63,986 nt of DNA, filler included, from Limisphaerales bacterium (GCA_044225505.1; 12 parts of 12 records of this genome joined end to end with filler, not necessarily neighbours in it), one strand, 5' to 3'. Positions 40,961 through 52,171 are shown, numbered from the whole stretch's first letter. Numbers and translations are program-made. Notes: generated by a model from the sequence alone, not told the origin.

Positions 40961-43018
40961 TCAGCCTTCGCGCAGACACTCATTGATCGCCCGCCCGAGA
41001 ATATCCCCTCGATAAGGCTTCTGCACAAAGCGAAAACCACGCCCCTGGCTGATCTGGTCGGCGCTATAGCCGCTCGTCAAAATCACTTTTAAACTCGCCT
41101 TATCTCGTTGTAATTCCTGGGCCAGCTCAAATCCGGTCAAGCTGTCTGGGAGAACGAAATCACTGAGCAGCACGCGAATCGAATCACGGTGCTTTTTCCA
41201 GATCTCAATCGCTTCCCAGCCCGATGCGGCATCCAGAACGGCATAGCCCAGCCCCTCCAGCACCAGTTTCGCCAATTCTCGAACCCCATCTTCGTCATCC
41301 ACCAGCAAAATGACCTCGCCGCCACCCCGGACGCGGGACGAGACCGGAGCGGGGCGCTCTCGAGTCGACGCCATCTCCATACACGGGAACCAAACGCGGA
41401 AGGTCGTTCCTTGGCCTAGCTGGCTCTGAACCTCAATCCAGCCTTGATGCTGCTTAACTATCCCGTAGACGGTCGACAAACCCAACCCTGTTCCTTTTCC
41501 GGGATCCTTTGTCGTAAAGAAAGGATCAAAGATCCGGCGCATCGTGGCCTCGTCCATCCCAAGCCCCGTATCTGTAACAGTCAGACAGATGTAGTTTCCA
41601 GGATGCGCATCGGGATGACAGCCTGGAGCCAAAACATCGAGAGCAACAAAAGAAGTGGCAATGACCAGCTTACCTCCGTTCGGCATCGCGTCTCGCGCAT
41701 TGACCGCGAGATTCATCAAGACCTGATCCAGCATTCCAGGATCCGCTTGGAGAAAGGGCAGATCAGCGCCTGCCTGGACCGAAAGGCGAATGTTGCTGCC
41801 TAAAACGCGATCCAGGAGTTTGCCCATACTAGCGACACTCGCATTAATATCGACCGTTTCGGCACTCATCGTCTGCTTTCGGCTGAATGAAAGCATTTGG
41901 CGCGTCAGGTGCGCGGCCCGTTCGACCGCGTCGAGCACGGTTTTGAGCGACATCGCCGCGCTTGCCGAGAGGGAAGGATCATCTAGAGCCAAAGTGACGT
42001 GGCCATGGATCACCGTCAGGACATTATTGTAGTCATGCGCTAAACCAGATGCCAACTGACCGACCGACTCCAAACGCTGCAGGTGCTGAATCTGGTTCTG
42101 ATGCTTTTGAATCTCATTGTCGCTTCGCTCACGTTCTAACTTTGCCCCAATGACATTCGCGAGGCCTTCCATGAACCGCAACTCATCATCCGCGAAATCA
42201 CGACGGCGTGCGGTGTATCCACCGAGAATCCCAAACACGCCTTTCTCCTTCCCTTTCACAGCGACACTGACGCCGCTCACAATCCCATTCTCTCGCAGGA
42301 AATCCCCGTCCGCCGGCACGCCTTCCCGGCCCAGATCGGTGAAGACCAGGTCTTCCCCCGATAACGCTCGCCCGGTCAAGCTCCCCGGGGCGGGGCGGGG
42401 CAGAATCTTTCCGACATAATCGGCACTCCAGCCAAACCCAGCCACGACCTTCAATCCGGGCGGATTCTCCGACACTTGCAGCAGGGTGCAAAACTCCACG
42501 TCTAGAGTGTAGACGACGAATCGGCCAACCAAGTCTATCAAGGTAGCGAGACTTTCACTTAAGGCGCATTGCCCCATGGCCGCGATCGCCACTTGCTGTT
42601 GCGCTCTGGTATTGAGCACCGATTCGCTCTGCCGCCAGGCCAGGCGTTGCGCCGTATAGCTTTGCGCGGTCAAAAGGGCAGCCGAAACTGCACCAGCGTC
42701 GAATGGCCTGGCCAGAAAGGCGTCCACGCCTACTTTGACCAACGTCATTCCTTGATCCAAACTCGGGCGCTCGACGACCATCAAAACGTAGCTGCGCCGG
42801 CCAGAGGGTTGAGTGCCACGAAGCCTCCTGCAAAAGTCTTCGCTTTCCGTGAGGGCGTCCGAATCCAGGACGATCAAGGCAAATTCCTCCTGCACACACT
42901 GTCGCTTGGCGTCATCAAAACTGCTGCAAATCCTCGGGGCGCAACCATGGGCCGCCAAGCAATTCGGCAGCAAGCTGTCCTTTTGGTGAGTTTGGACGAG
43001 CAGTGTTTTCATGGCCAA
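40961..43018 (-). CDS. Hybrid sensor kinase REC-GAF-HisKA-HATPase-REC
   Basis: GLAHDYNN, NLAVNARDAM, FFTTK..GKGTGLGL and a C-terminal ILLVDDE. Confidence 0.95.
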   Translation of the reverse strand: MAMKTLLVQTHQKDSLLPNCLAAHGCAPRICSSFDDAKRQCVQEEFALIVLDSDALTESEDFCRRLRGTQPSGRRSYVLMVVERPSLDQGMTLVKVGVDAFLARPFDAGAVSAALLTAQSYTAQRLAWRQSESVLNTRAQQQVAIAAMGQCALSESLATLIDLVGRFVVYTLDVEFCTLLQVSENPPGLKVVAGFGWSADYVGKILPRPAPGSLTGRALSGEDLVFTDLGREGVPADGDFLRENGIVSGVSVAVKGKEKGVFGILGGYTARRRDFADDELRFMEGLANVIGAKLERERSDNEIQKHQNQIQHLQRLESVGQLASGLAHDYNNVLTVIHGHVTLALDDPSLSASAAMSLKTVLDAVERAAHLTRQMLSFSRKQTMSAETVDINASVASMGKLLDRVLGSNIRLSVQAGADLPFLQADPGMLDQVLMNLAVNARDAMPNGGKLVIATSFVALDVLAPGCHPDAHPGNYICLTVTDTGLGMDEATMRRIFDPFFTTKDPGKGTGLGLSTVYGIVKQHQGWIEVQSQLGQGTTFRVWFPCMEMASTRERPAPVSSRVRGGGEVILLVDDEDGVRELAKLVLEGLGYAVLDAASGWEAIEIWKKHRDSIRVLLSDFVLPDSLTGFELAQELQRDKASLKVILTSGYSADQISQGRGFRFVQKPYRGDILGRAINECLREG

Positions 43019-43270
43019 TTAATGTTGGGAAGACCGCGCTCCCCGACGACTTCGGACGACAAGGTGTCGCGGCCGCCAAGACAATTCTTCACGCTGCACC
43101 CAACTGGGCATGTCCGGAGTCTATGGGTTCCAGAGGAAAATGACAATCGCCTCTCCAGAATTTGTCTCCAGACCTCGACCGAAGCAGAAAAAGTGCGTTA
43201 AGTCTTGGAACTTCACGAAGGTTTTCGCTACAACAGCAGAGCCATACCCAAATGACCTGAGGATCGTTCT

Positions 43271-43972
43271 ATGAGAGACCGATCGTATATTGCTGAATTA
43301 CGCGGCTTCACCCTGATCGAACTTCTTGTGGTGATTGCCATCATCGCTGTTCTGGCTTCCATGCTCCTCCCTGCCTTGAGCAAAGCCCAGGCGTCTGCCC
43401 GGAAGGCAAGATGCACCAGCAATCTGCACAACCTGGGATTGGCCATGTTGATGTACGCCGACGATAACGACGGCTTGGTGCCACGAGGGAATGATCCTCT
43501 TTGGTGGAAAGTCCTCACCCCGAGCCTGGGCGGCCAAACCACCAATGACTTCAAGAAGGTCGGCGTTTACCTCTGCCCGAGCTACCCGGACAAACGTCAA
43601 CTGATCTGCTACGTCGTTAATGCTTGGAAATTCAACAGCCCCACGGACAAAGTTGGAGCCGAGGAGATCGGCTTGGTTCGCCAGAGCAAGATTCAGCAAC
43701 CTACCGCCACGATTTATCTCGCCGACAATGAAAACGGTTCTTGGCGCCCCATCATCAGCAGCCTGAATAATATCGGTTCGATCGAACTCAACGATGTGTG
43801 GAGCCAGAGCCACCTGCCCTTCTCCGCCACGAGCAAGACATTGAATCGCGAACGCCGGGTTGCCCGAGCTCGCCATGGACTTGGACCGAACCTGCTCTTC
43901 TACGATGGCCATGCCAGTTGGAAGAAGTCCGATCAGATCAACATCGAGGATTGGCGGGAAATTCGGAACTAA
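43271..43972 (+). CDS. Prepilin-type N-terminal / H-X9-DG (DUF1559-like) protein
   Basis: [18 protein letters not shown] and [14 protein letters not shown]. Confidence 0.92.
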   Translation: MRDRSYIAELRGFTLIELLVVIAIIAVLASMLLPALSKAQASARKARCTSNLHNLGLAMLMYADDNDGLVPRGNDPLWWKVLTPSLGGQTTNDFKKVGVYLCPSYPDKRQLICYVVNAWKFNSPTDKVGAEEIGLVRQSKIQQPTATIYLADNENGSWRPIISSLNNIGSIELNDVWSQSHLPFSATSKTLNRERRVARARHGLGPNLLFYDGHASWKKSDQINIEDWREIRN

Positions 43973-43987
43973 ACCCAGGCATTACCC

Positions 43988-45040
43988 ATGAAATCCCTGT
44001 TTCTGACACTCTCTCTGCTCGCCGCAGTGCATCTGGTGAACTCTGCCGAGGCGCCGCCCCACGCCCCGGCGATCGACTTTCGAGTAATCTCCAAGGGCGA
44101 TTTGTCCGGGAGCTACCAAGCGTTCCCAGACGCGTGCCGACTCCAAGACGGTTCGATCCTTTGCGTCTTCTACGCCGGCTATACTCATGTCTCGCTGCCT
44201 CGCGAGGACTTTCCCAAGGGTGGCCGCGTCTGCAGTGTCCGATCGACCGATGAAGGCCGACATTGGAGTGCACCTCGGATCCTCTTGGACAGCCCACTCG
44301 ACGACCGGGATCCTCATATCGCCCAATTAAGCGATGGCACACTGCTTTGTACTTTCTTCACTTACCAACCGCGGCCAAACCAGGAAACGCTCTGTGAAAC
44401 AGCGCTCGTGCGATCTCGTGACAACGGCGAGACTTGGGACGAGAAGCCTCAAGTGCTGGCCTCGGGATGGCCCTCCTCAGCTCCGGTCCGGCAGCTCCCC
44501 AATGGACTGTGCCTTTTGGGAGTCTATCGGGAAGAGAGCGGCTCTGCTTATGGAGGCGTCCTACGCTCTACGGATGGAGGTCGAACGTGGTCATCGCCCA
44601 TTCCGATCGGGCAAGGCAGTGGGGTTCGGCTCGATGCGGAGACCGATCTCGTCCGCTTAACCAACGGCGTCCTCTATGCCGCGCTGCGCGGCGATAAGGT
44701 GCCGATGCACTTTGCCACCAGCGCCGACGACGGCCTTACGTGGTCGGCGGTGCGCAGCCTGGGATTTCCTGGCCATTGTCCTCACTTCACTCGTCTAAGC
44801 AGTGGACCTATTCTTTTGGTGCATCGCTTGCCTAAAACCGCGTTGCACGTCAGCTGGGATGATGCCAAGACCTGGAAAGGTCCCTTCCCAATTGACTCCA
44901 CCACCGGCGCGTATCCATCCACCGTCGAGCTGAAAGACGGTTCGGTCCTGGTCGTCTATTATGAAGAAGGTCCAGGGAGTGCGATTCGCGCGCGTCGATT
45001 TCACCTCCAGGCGGAAGGGATTCAGTTCGACCCACTGTGA
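43988..45040 (+). CDS. Exported sialidase-family / BNR Asp-box protein
   Basis: Five Asp boxes: STDEGRHW, SRDNGETW, STDGGRTW, SADDGLTW and SWDDAKTW. Confidence 0.88.
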   Translation: MKSLFLTLSLLAAVHLVNSAEAPPHAPAIDFRVISKGDLSGSYQAFPDACRLQDGSILCVFYAGYTHVSLPREDFPKGGRVCSVRSTDEGRHWSAPRILLDSPLDDRDPHIAQLSDGTLLCTFFTYQPRPNQETLCETALVRSRDNGETWDEKPQVLASGWPSSAPVRQLPNGLCLLGVYREESGSAYGGVLRSTDGGRTWSSPIPIGQGSGVRLDAETDLVRLTNGVLYAALRGDKVPMHFATSADDGLTWSAVRSLGFPGHCPHFTRLSSGPILLVHRLPKTALHVSWDDAKTWKGPFPIDSTTGAYPSTVELKDGSVLVVYYEEGPGSAIRARRFHLQAEGIQFDPL

Positions 45041-45295
45041 CGGCAGACTCGATGCCCTTCGGTAGTGCGGTAATCGATAAGCCCTCGCACCTACGCGGCG
45101 AGGGTGATGGCGCGCCGCAAGGCGCGGGACAGGCGCAGACCCGTCCTTACACGTCGACCTGAACGAGGAAGCAACGCCGCAGGCGCGCGAACGAANNNNN
45201 NNNNNNNNNNNNNNNNNNNNNNNNNNNNNNNNNNNNNNNTTAATTAATTAANNNNNNNNNNNNNNNNNNNNNNNNNNNNNNNNNNNNNNNNNNNN

Positions 45296-46268
45296 GGTCG
45301 GTCGCTCCGTTCCGCGGCCAAGGGCGTGTTTCACTGAGAATCTTAATCTCTACTCGGCAGGCGTAACGATCTGCCACGCTGCGGACGGTTCCATCTCCGG
45401 CCAACGCTAACAGCGCCTGCTTCGCTCCGGTATAAACGTCCGGTGCGAACGCGCGCAGTTCTCCTTCTGCCCAGGCGTCCTGGGGCACCCGGTTTAGTCC
45501 GGTGCCGCCACTGATCGTTCCTACGTTAAACGTGAGGTTCTTGGAGTAATCAGTGAGAGCCGCGATCTGCTCGACGGTGCGCCCGAGTTGTTGAATAGCG
45601 TTGGCTCCGTGCGCATGTTTGCCGCCGGCATGCGCGGCTCGTCCGATCGCTTTGGCTCTCCAGGTCGCCCGGCCTTTCCGCGCCACGACAAGTAATCGGT
45701 CCGCCCCGAGGCGGCCTTCCGCTTCAAAGACCAATGCCGCGACCGTGTTTGGGCTGAAGCGGCTCCGGCACAGGGCCCCGAAATCGTGCGACAGCACTTC
45801 TTCGGACGAATTCCAGAAGAGCTGCCAGGTGACGGTCTCAAACACTGCCGGCGCTTGGGCGCGCAACGCTTGCAGAACGAGCCACATCATCAAGGTGCCC
45901 CCTTTGATGTCCTGCGTGCCGGGACCATAGATACGGTCGCCTTCCGGTTGCCACTGAAAGCCGTTGCGCCTTTCTTCTTCCGGCGAGAAGACCGTGTCCA
46001 GGTGCGACACCATGGCGAGGGTCGCTGCTGATTGTCCCGGGCGGGTGAGTACCAAATGGTCGCCGTAATTGGGGTTTACAGACGGAACTGATTCCGCGGT
46101 GAAACCGAGTTCGGCAAAACAGTCGGCGGTGAACTTTCCGACCTGATCCACGCCCGCTTTATTGGCGGTGTAACTGTTCAGGCGGACCATCCGTTCCAGG
46201 ATGTCGAGCCCGCGGGGCATGAGTTGTTGCAGGTAAGCGATAGTTGGGGCGGTCGGATTAGACGCCAT
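45296..46268 (-). CDS. M20 family peptidase (glutamate carboxypeptidase-like), 3' truncated
   Basis: SHLDTV, GPGTQDIKGG, SEE, GRAAHAG and NVGTISGG. Confidence 0.9.
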
Positions 46269-46479
46269 GCCTTTGACGGTAACCGATTCAACCGACTGCG
46301 CCAAGGTGGCGACTCTCCAGGAAACGCTGCGACAAGGCCTGCAGCTGCCTCAAATGGCTGCGGGGCGCTGTTGGGGCGCCAAGGACGACGAGCGAGACTC
46401 GTCCTCGACCAGGGCTGCGGCAATTCTGTTCAGTATGGAGTTGCGCAGTCCGCAAGCTTCTGATACCTACTTAAGTCAC

Positions 46480-46553
46480 GCGGGTGTGGTTCAATGGTAG
46501 AATGCGGGCTTCCCAAGCCTGAGACGAGGGTTCGATTCCCTTCACCCGCTCCA
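46480..46553 (+). tRNA. tRNA-Gly (CCC)
   Basis: GCGGGTG/CACCCGC acceptor stem, anticodon loop TTCCCAA, GGTTCGATTCC T-arm, encoded CCA. Confidence 0.96.
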
Positions 46554-46812
46554 TTGATTATCAACGGTTTTCGAAGGAGTGCAGTAAAGTGCAAGTAAAT
46601 GCCCCCCCTTTCGAAGTGATTTTCAGCCCTGCTTTTTTCCTGGCGTGACGGCGCACGCCGTTGTGCATTTCAATGTCTGGATGCGATGCGATCGTTCGGG
46701 ACGTTCAGAGTGAGGACGACCTGCCGCCGTTTTGGTCCGCGCCAGCGTTATAGATGAGCCACAGTATAGCGCAACGTAAACGCGACTGCCCTTGAATTGG
46801 AGGTCCGGTCGG

Positions 46813-48219
46813 TCATTTCACATTAATGATTACACGACGATAGGCGTGAAGACCGGGTGAACCGTTGTCTTACAGTTCCAGAATCACATGGATGTGTTTT
46901 CGGCCTGCGTTCGACGGGATGGAAACCGTGGCGGCGGATGACGAGGCATTTTGAATCGTCACATCGCCGTCATAAGAACTCGGTTCCTTGTAAAAGGACC
47001 AGGCGTAATTCAGCGCATTCTTGTCGGGATCACTTGAACCGTTGGCGTCCAGCCTCACGGTGGAATCCGGAGCGGCGGTGACTTCCAAAACCTTTCTGGT
47101 CTTATCTCCGTTCACCACGGCAATTGGAGGGTGGTTGGCATCCTGATACTTGCTGGTGACGCTCCAGTCCATGCGCGCCGCGAAATCGTTGTCGTATCCC
47201 TTGCTCCAACGCTTGATCGCTGCGGCCTTCTCCGAGGTGTTTCCTTGCATGTAGTAAGGATCATACTGTGTCTCTCCCACTTTGTTGATCTTGGCGACCT
47301 CCGACATGCTGCGAATGCCCGCCTGCTTATCGAGGCCGAACCGACCGCCCCAACCACCCTGGTCAATCTTTTCGGGATCGTTTAATCCGTTCGGAAAGAC
47401 ATGCAGGAAGGCCGGTGTATCGCCTTCCGTGGCCCATTTTGTGTCTGGATAAACGGCTCCTAACGGGCCGTGGCTTTGGATGTCGTTGCGTTGATAAGGA
47501 CCATTCTTTGGAGGTTGCCAGCCGTATACAGCGGTGGCGCGAATGAACAGAACATCGGGAAAGTTCCTGGCTATCCACGCCCCTGCGTCGTCTTGGCCCA
47601 GAATGTCAAACACGCGGACCTTGCTGAGGAATCTTGCAAGGTCCTCTTGGGACCTCGTTGCCCGGACTTTCCAGATGGCCTGGGCCAGATTGTTTCCGCC
47701 GCCCCAGAATTGAACCCACACGGGTCGCGGATCGTGTTTGTCCACCGCGGTGATGATGAGGTCCGATCCCTTGGTGTCCTTGCCATCGCCCACGTCACTC
47801 ATGCCGTAACCCGTCTGGCCAAGGACGGAGATGGATTTCAGAGACTCGAAAGAGGGATAGCCCTTCGCGTGAACCTGAAGATTGGGCAGAACCTTGCCGT
47901 AACCATCGACGATCTTGTTGAGCAAGGTCGTGTTGTTCTGGTTCGTCTTCCAGCAACCGGTCGAGACGATCAGACCTTCGATGTCGAACTCGTTGGCGGA
48001 AACCAACAGGCGGACCAGGGATTGTTCGTCGTCGGGATCGGCGCCGAGGTCTGTGGTGACGATGATGCGCGGCTTGTGGCTGGTGGAACCATTAGCAGCA
48101 GCACCGCCCAGTTGAGCCATCGCCGACCCTGCCCACGCCGCAAGGGCGATAAACAGGATCCGGCTGATTCTTGAACGGATCAAGTGAGGCTTCTCTGATC
48201 GAAACAATGTCGCGCGCAT
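46813..48219 (-). CDS. DUF1593 (nucleoside-hydrolase-like) protein with C-terminal Ig-like domain; premature TAA at 46870-46872
   Basis: TTDLGADPDDEQSLVRLL, EGDTPAF and DFAARMDW. After HVILEL* the frame continues DNGSPGLHAYRRVIINVK* to 46813. Confidence 0.85.
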
Positions 48220-48231
48220 GGTTTGAAACGG

Positions 48232-49293
48232 TCACCGCAATGTCCAGTTCGCGCGTTCCTTGAACTCTGCCTGGAAGTCTGCCCGCCACGTGCGGATGGT
48301 CTCGCCTCCGGTCCCATCCACATAATGATTCGTGCCGTCCTTGCGCTTGTATTGGCCGCCCCAACTGGGCTGGGTCGGATCATCCGGGTCGTTGATTCCG
48401 CGATTCGCACTGACCAGATATAGGAAAGCAGGTGAATCGCCTTCGATCACTCCCGGGCCGGCTGCGCCGTTGGGCGGATAAATTGCGCAGAGAGGCCCAT
48501 GGTTGGTAATGATGTTCGCTTCAGCCCACGCACGATTGTCGCTGCCGAACATGCCTTGGTAGGTCTTTCTCGACTCGATGATGAACAAGTCCGGGAACTC
48601 TTTCATTAGCCATTCATGCGTGGCGTCCTGGCAGGCAATCAGAAAAACGCGCAGCTTGCCGATGAAAGCCTTCAGCTCGGGTTCGCTCCGAGTGTTCTTC
48701 ACATCCCAAAGCGCTTGAGCGACCTCCCGTGGACCGCCCCAAACGCCAAAGTAGATCGGCCGTGAATCCGGCTTGTCCGCAGCGGCAATGATTGCATTTG
48801 ATGCCTCGCTGTCCTTGCCCTTCCCGATGATCTCAGTGTGCAGCTGCTTCCCGCATCCCCATTTGATCCTGATGCCGTTGTTGTTCCCCTTGCCCTCAAA
48901 AGTGACTGCACGCAGCACGTCCGCGGTGGGATACCTGGGATCATGTCTCCTCAGGTTCTCATCCACCTTGTCGTATTCATCCAGCACAGCCAAAATGTTC
49001 TTCTTCTCGGCGACCATGCCGTAAGTGCCGGCTGACGCGATCAATCCCTCGATATCGAATTCATTCGCATACAGAAGAAACCGGACCATCGACTGGACGT
49101 CATCCGGATCGCTGTTGGTCACGGGAAACGGAGGGAAGTCCGAAGTCACAATCACGCGCAGTCGCTCGGTGTTCTTGGTGGAATTGGCTGTGGCGCTGGC
49201 GTTCGCTTCAGCCGCGTGTGCCGTGAACGCAGTGAAAGCGAACATCAAACAGGTTCCTGCGGAGATTGTGAGTGCCTTACATCTCGTATTCAT
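48232..49293 (-). CDS. DUF1593 (nucleoside-hydrolase-like) exported protein
   Basis: SDPDDVQSMVRFLLYANEFDIEGL, EGDSPAF and SWGGQY. Confidence 0.88.
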   Translation of the reverse strand: MNTRCKALTISAGTCLMFAFTAFTAHAAEANASATANSTKNTERLRVIVTSDFPPFPVTNSDPDDVQSMVRFLLYANEFDIEGLIASAGTYGMVAEKKNILAVLDEYDKVDENLRRHDPRYPTADVLRAVTFEGKGNNNGIRIKWGCGKQLHTEIIGKGKDSEASNAIIAAADKPDSRPIYFGVWGGPREVAQALWDVKNTRSEPELKAFIGKLRVFLIACQDATHEWLMKEFPDLFIIESRKTYQGMFGSDNRAWAEANIITNHGPLCAIYPPNGAAGPGVIEGDSPAFLYLVSANRGINDPDDPTQPSWGGQYKRKDGTNHYVDGTGGETIRTWRADFQAEFKERANWTLR

Positions 49294-50409
49294 GGGGCGT
49301 GGTGGTCGCAAGTGAACCAACAACTCCATGCTTGCTCAAGCCGGGAACGAAAAGCCGAACACCTGCGCCAACCTCGAAGAAACGGCCACCAGTGATCGCA
49401 CATCGGCGCGGTCTGGAGTGTGCCTCGGTGGCGGGGACCCTTTAACCTCACCGAAAAATGGACGCAAATGGTGGTATTCCGGCTAAGTATTGCGCACGAA
49501 TCACAGAATTTCCGAACAAAGCAGCTCTCGCAATAGTCACGAGGGTTCAATTCCCTTCACCCGCTCCAAGCCCTCCAGCCCAAGAGTTTACACCATCCAA
49601 AGTCCCCAAAGTAACAACACCTCGCTGTTCGTGAGGGTCGTTCGCCGAGGGGATTTCCTCCAACGGGCGTGCCAAAGCTCGAGACTCCGATTTTTCGCTA
49701 AGACCTCATCCCGGGAGTCGCAGAGAAGTTGGCTCCATCGTGTTCTCGTTCTCTTCTCCGCAATCGCCGAGGCGTTCAAATACGTTTCGACCCAACCATT
49801 TCAAATTCCTCAATGCCGGCTGCATTCCAAATGGCTGGCGTTTTCCGGGCGAACGCCAGCCAAGACCGAAGAATGACTTCTTTCAATCTTAACTAAGTTG
49901 AAAGGCTGAAAAGCGCCGTATCGGAGCCCAGCGGCTGCGTGGGCTCGTCTCTAGACTCATGAGATCTTCCCCTTGCACTCGTCACGTTGCTTCCTATGAC
50001 AGCGCCAAGGAACCTGCTGGACAGACCAACAAGCTGAGCTGGTGCGCAACATTTTAAGGACAACCTTACCTTACCGAAGTGCTAGCATGGACTGTTACGC
50101 TGTCTGAGGCCGCCCGGGGAGAGCTAGCCGCCAAAGCCTGTCCCATGGGGCAACCGATAAACCCTGCATGGCCGAAGGCAATACTCTCGAGATTGCCGAA
50201 CCGTGAAAGCAGGATTCTGATGTAATGTCTGGAACTTTTCGGCGATGCTGTGCACCGAGTTTTCGAAGCGCCAATTGTGGGGGACCACAAGAAGTTTCTT
50301 TTGGCTCAAGGTGTCTGCTCAAAGGGCCCGGCCTCGACCGCTGCTCTAGGGTCGGGTTCCGGTGCGTTATGGATATGAAGTCATGAATGCAAAACCTGCA
50401 CCCGTTCTG

Positions 50410-50518
50410 ATGCAGAAGCTGGACAGCGCGCCCTATTTCCATCCCATCCAGGCCGAGGAAGCGGTCAGCGCCGGCAAGCATGTTTGCGGCGCCCAGCCGA
50501 TTGCTGTGGCCGTGCATG
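50410..50518 (+). pseudogene. Degenerate Gfo/Idh/MocA oxidoreductase fragment
   Basis: PYFHPIQAEEAVSAGKHVCGAQPIAV resembles the GKHV..EKP region but lacks the N-terminal Rossmann fold. Confidence 0.4.
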
Positions 50519-50618
50519 NNNNNNNNNNNNNNNNNNNNNNNNNNNNNNNNNNNNNNNNNNNNTTAATTAATTAANNNNNNNNNNNNNNNNNNNNNNNNNN
50601 NNNNNNNNNNNNNNNNNN

Positions 50619-50748
50619 GTGATCCGCTTAATCTCCGGTTCTTCCGTTCAATGCCACGTCCTCGGCCGTCCCGTCGAGACTTGGAATCGCGCCCATTCAA
50701 GCTCGGCGTTAAAACGCCGAGCTATTCTCGAGTTGCCCCATCCGGGGC
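50619..50748. repeat. Right part of a REP/REPIN-like palindrome; first 75 bp duplicate 56523-56597
   Basis: CCTCGGCCGTCCCGTCGAGACT, CTCGGCGTTAAAACGCCGAG and GCCCCATCCGGGGC are inverted counterparts of 56399-56488. Confidence 0.75.
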
Positions 50749-50841
50749 GCCAGGAGGCAATTACCGAATGGCATTAGAATTTATCCCGCCGGAGTTCTCG
50801 CCTGATCGACAGCGCCCGGAATCATCCGTTGCTTACCTCCC

Positions 50842-51357
50842 ATGCATCCGTTCCGGCGGACTAAAGTCCGCGTTCCTCTTCAATTTGGCGCGCTGACCTT
50901 TGCCGGGCGTGTCCCGCGTCTACCGATCGCGTATGGCCACGCCTGGCGGCACTTCCGCCAGACCGCAGAGTTGTCCAGCCAGCCGTATGCCCGGCTCCTG
51001 ATGGCGTTGCGCCAGCAGTTGGGCGAGCACAACGGGCGGTTCCAATTCCACTATCTGCTCAGTGGAACCCACACGCACAACGCGATCACTTTGAGCCATC
51101 GTCTGGAATACTCGTGGAAGGGCCAGACGGGGGCCATCGCCAAGATCCGGCCGTATGACGACTCCCAAGCCGGAGTCGCTTACGTCACGAAATGCCTCTC
51201 GGGGGCGGATGTGTATGAGATGAACAAATTCATCTCGGCCGATCCGGTGACGCTCTCCAGTTCCCTCTATCGGGTGATCCGATCGCTGGAACGCATCGCG
51301 GAAGACACCCGGCTTGCACTGACGAAAAAACGGGCAAACCTACTGGCCCGCCAGTGA
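50842..51357 (+). pseudogene. Degenerate HUH rolling-circle replication protein-like ORF
   Basis: Motif I-like QFGALTF, motif II-like GEHNGRFQFHYLL (first His replaced by Q), motif III-like AYVTK. Confidence 0.5.
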
Positions 51358-51379
51358 CACTCACCTCAAGGGTCCCAGG

Positions 51380-51419
51380 GCGGGGAGCGGTGCGGCGCGC
51401 CAGCGCCGCCCGCCCCCGC
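51380..51419. other. GC-rich hairpin after the Rep-like ORF (candidate origin or terminator)
   Basis: GCGGGG-A-GCGG-T-GCGGCGC-GCCA-GCGCCGC-CCGC-CCCCGC. Confidence 0.5.
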
Positions 51420-51797
51420 TCTGGGTGGCTTGAAGAGAACCTTTGTACGGATGAGGCAGCCGCGCGCGGCGATTCTACCCCCATCTTCAGGATACCGGAC
51501 CGTGCATCAAGACGCCCTATAAGTGAATTGCGTGCGAAGTCTGAGAGGCAATTCCAGAAAAACAGGCTGTTCACCGAAAATCGCAGCGATACCGGCGGCG
51601 CTCTGCGCACTACAGAAACAAATTCCGAATGAGACCTCTTCGATTCTACGGGACTGACCCTCCCGCTTTGCCTCCAAATATGTCACTATTCATCCCTGAC
51701 CCCTTTTACACTGGCGTCCATTGCGTCTGTGCTACTTACGCGCGCGGCGCTATCGCGAAACAGCTTATTTCCAAGACCTTGCGCCGTCCTCCACAAA

Positions 51798-51826
51798 TGT
51801 GGACGTCTGGTGTGGACGTCTGGTGT
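51798..51826 (+). repeat. 13-bp tandem direct repeat
   Basis: TGTGGACGTCTGG twice, then TGT. Confidence 0.85.
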
Positions 51827-51886
51827 CACCGGAACAAGTCCCTGGCAACCTGAATGTTGGCGATTTTGCTATCGTTAAAGGTGAGG

Positions 51887-52171
51887 CTATGGCGAGCTTT
51901 TAGGGTACGTTTCTTGGCCGTAGGCAACTGCCGCCTCCCGCAATGCCCAGCCCTCGTCCGCCCCTTCGGCTAGCTCCGTTTCTTGTCGCGACAAGATCAG
52001 CGGTTGCATCCGCTTGACAGAGCCCGCGCTCCCGACCAGCAGGTGAACGGGGTTGAACGCCACGCAATCATCTAAGAGCGACAACTCACGCTCCTGGAGC
52101 CTTTGCCGCAGCTTGGCCCGGCAAGCGTCTCGGTCGTGCCCGAACCTCAGCAGGAACGCCCGGAGACCCAA
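51887..52171 (-). pseudogene. Internally deleted Y1/RAYT (IS200-like) transposase
   Basis: AFLLRFGHDRDACRAKLRQRL...LLDDCVAFNPVHLLV is a degenerate YC..NHVHLL HUH motif, joined to a C-terminal remnant. Confidence 0.6.

Larger units (their letters stand above)
46524..49568. mobile_element. Integrase-less genomic islet at tRNA-Gly bounded by 30-bp att direct repeats
   Basis: 46524-46553 ACGAGGGTTCGATTCCCTTCACCCGCTCCA recurs at 49539-49568 with one mismatch. Confidence 0.85.

Noticed and set aside
45041..45195. Possible MITE or repeat at the contig end
   Set aside because: Looks repeat-like, but it is truncated and has no second copy in the window to support it.
46870..46872. Alternative genetic code or stop readthrough to explain in-frame stops
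   Set aside because: TAA, TAG and TGA all terminate conserved genes normally here. The internal stops are isolated and fall in accessory DNA.
49539..49568. Second tRNA gene
   Set aside because: Only the 3' 30 nt are present, so it is an att duplication.
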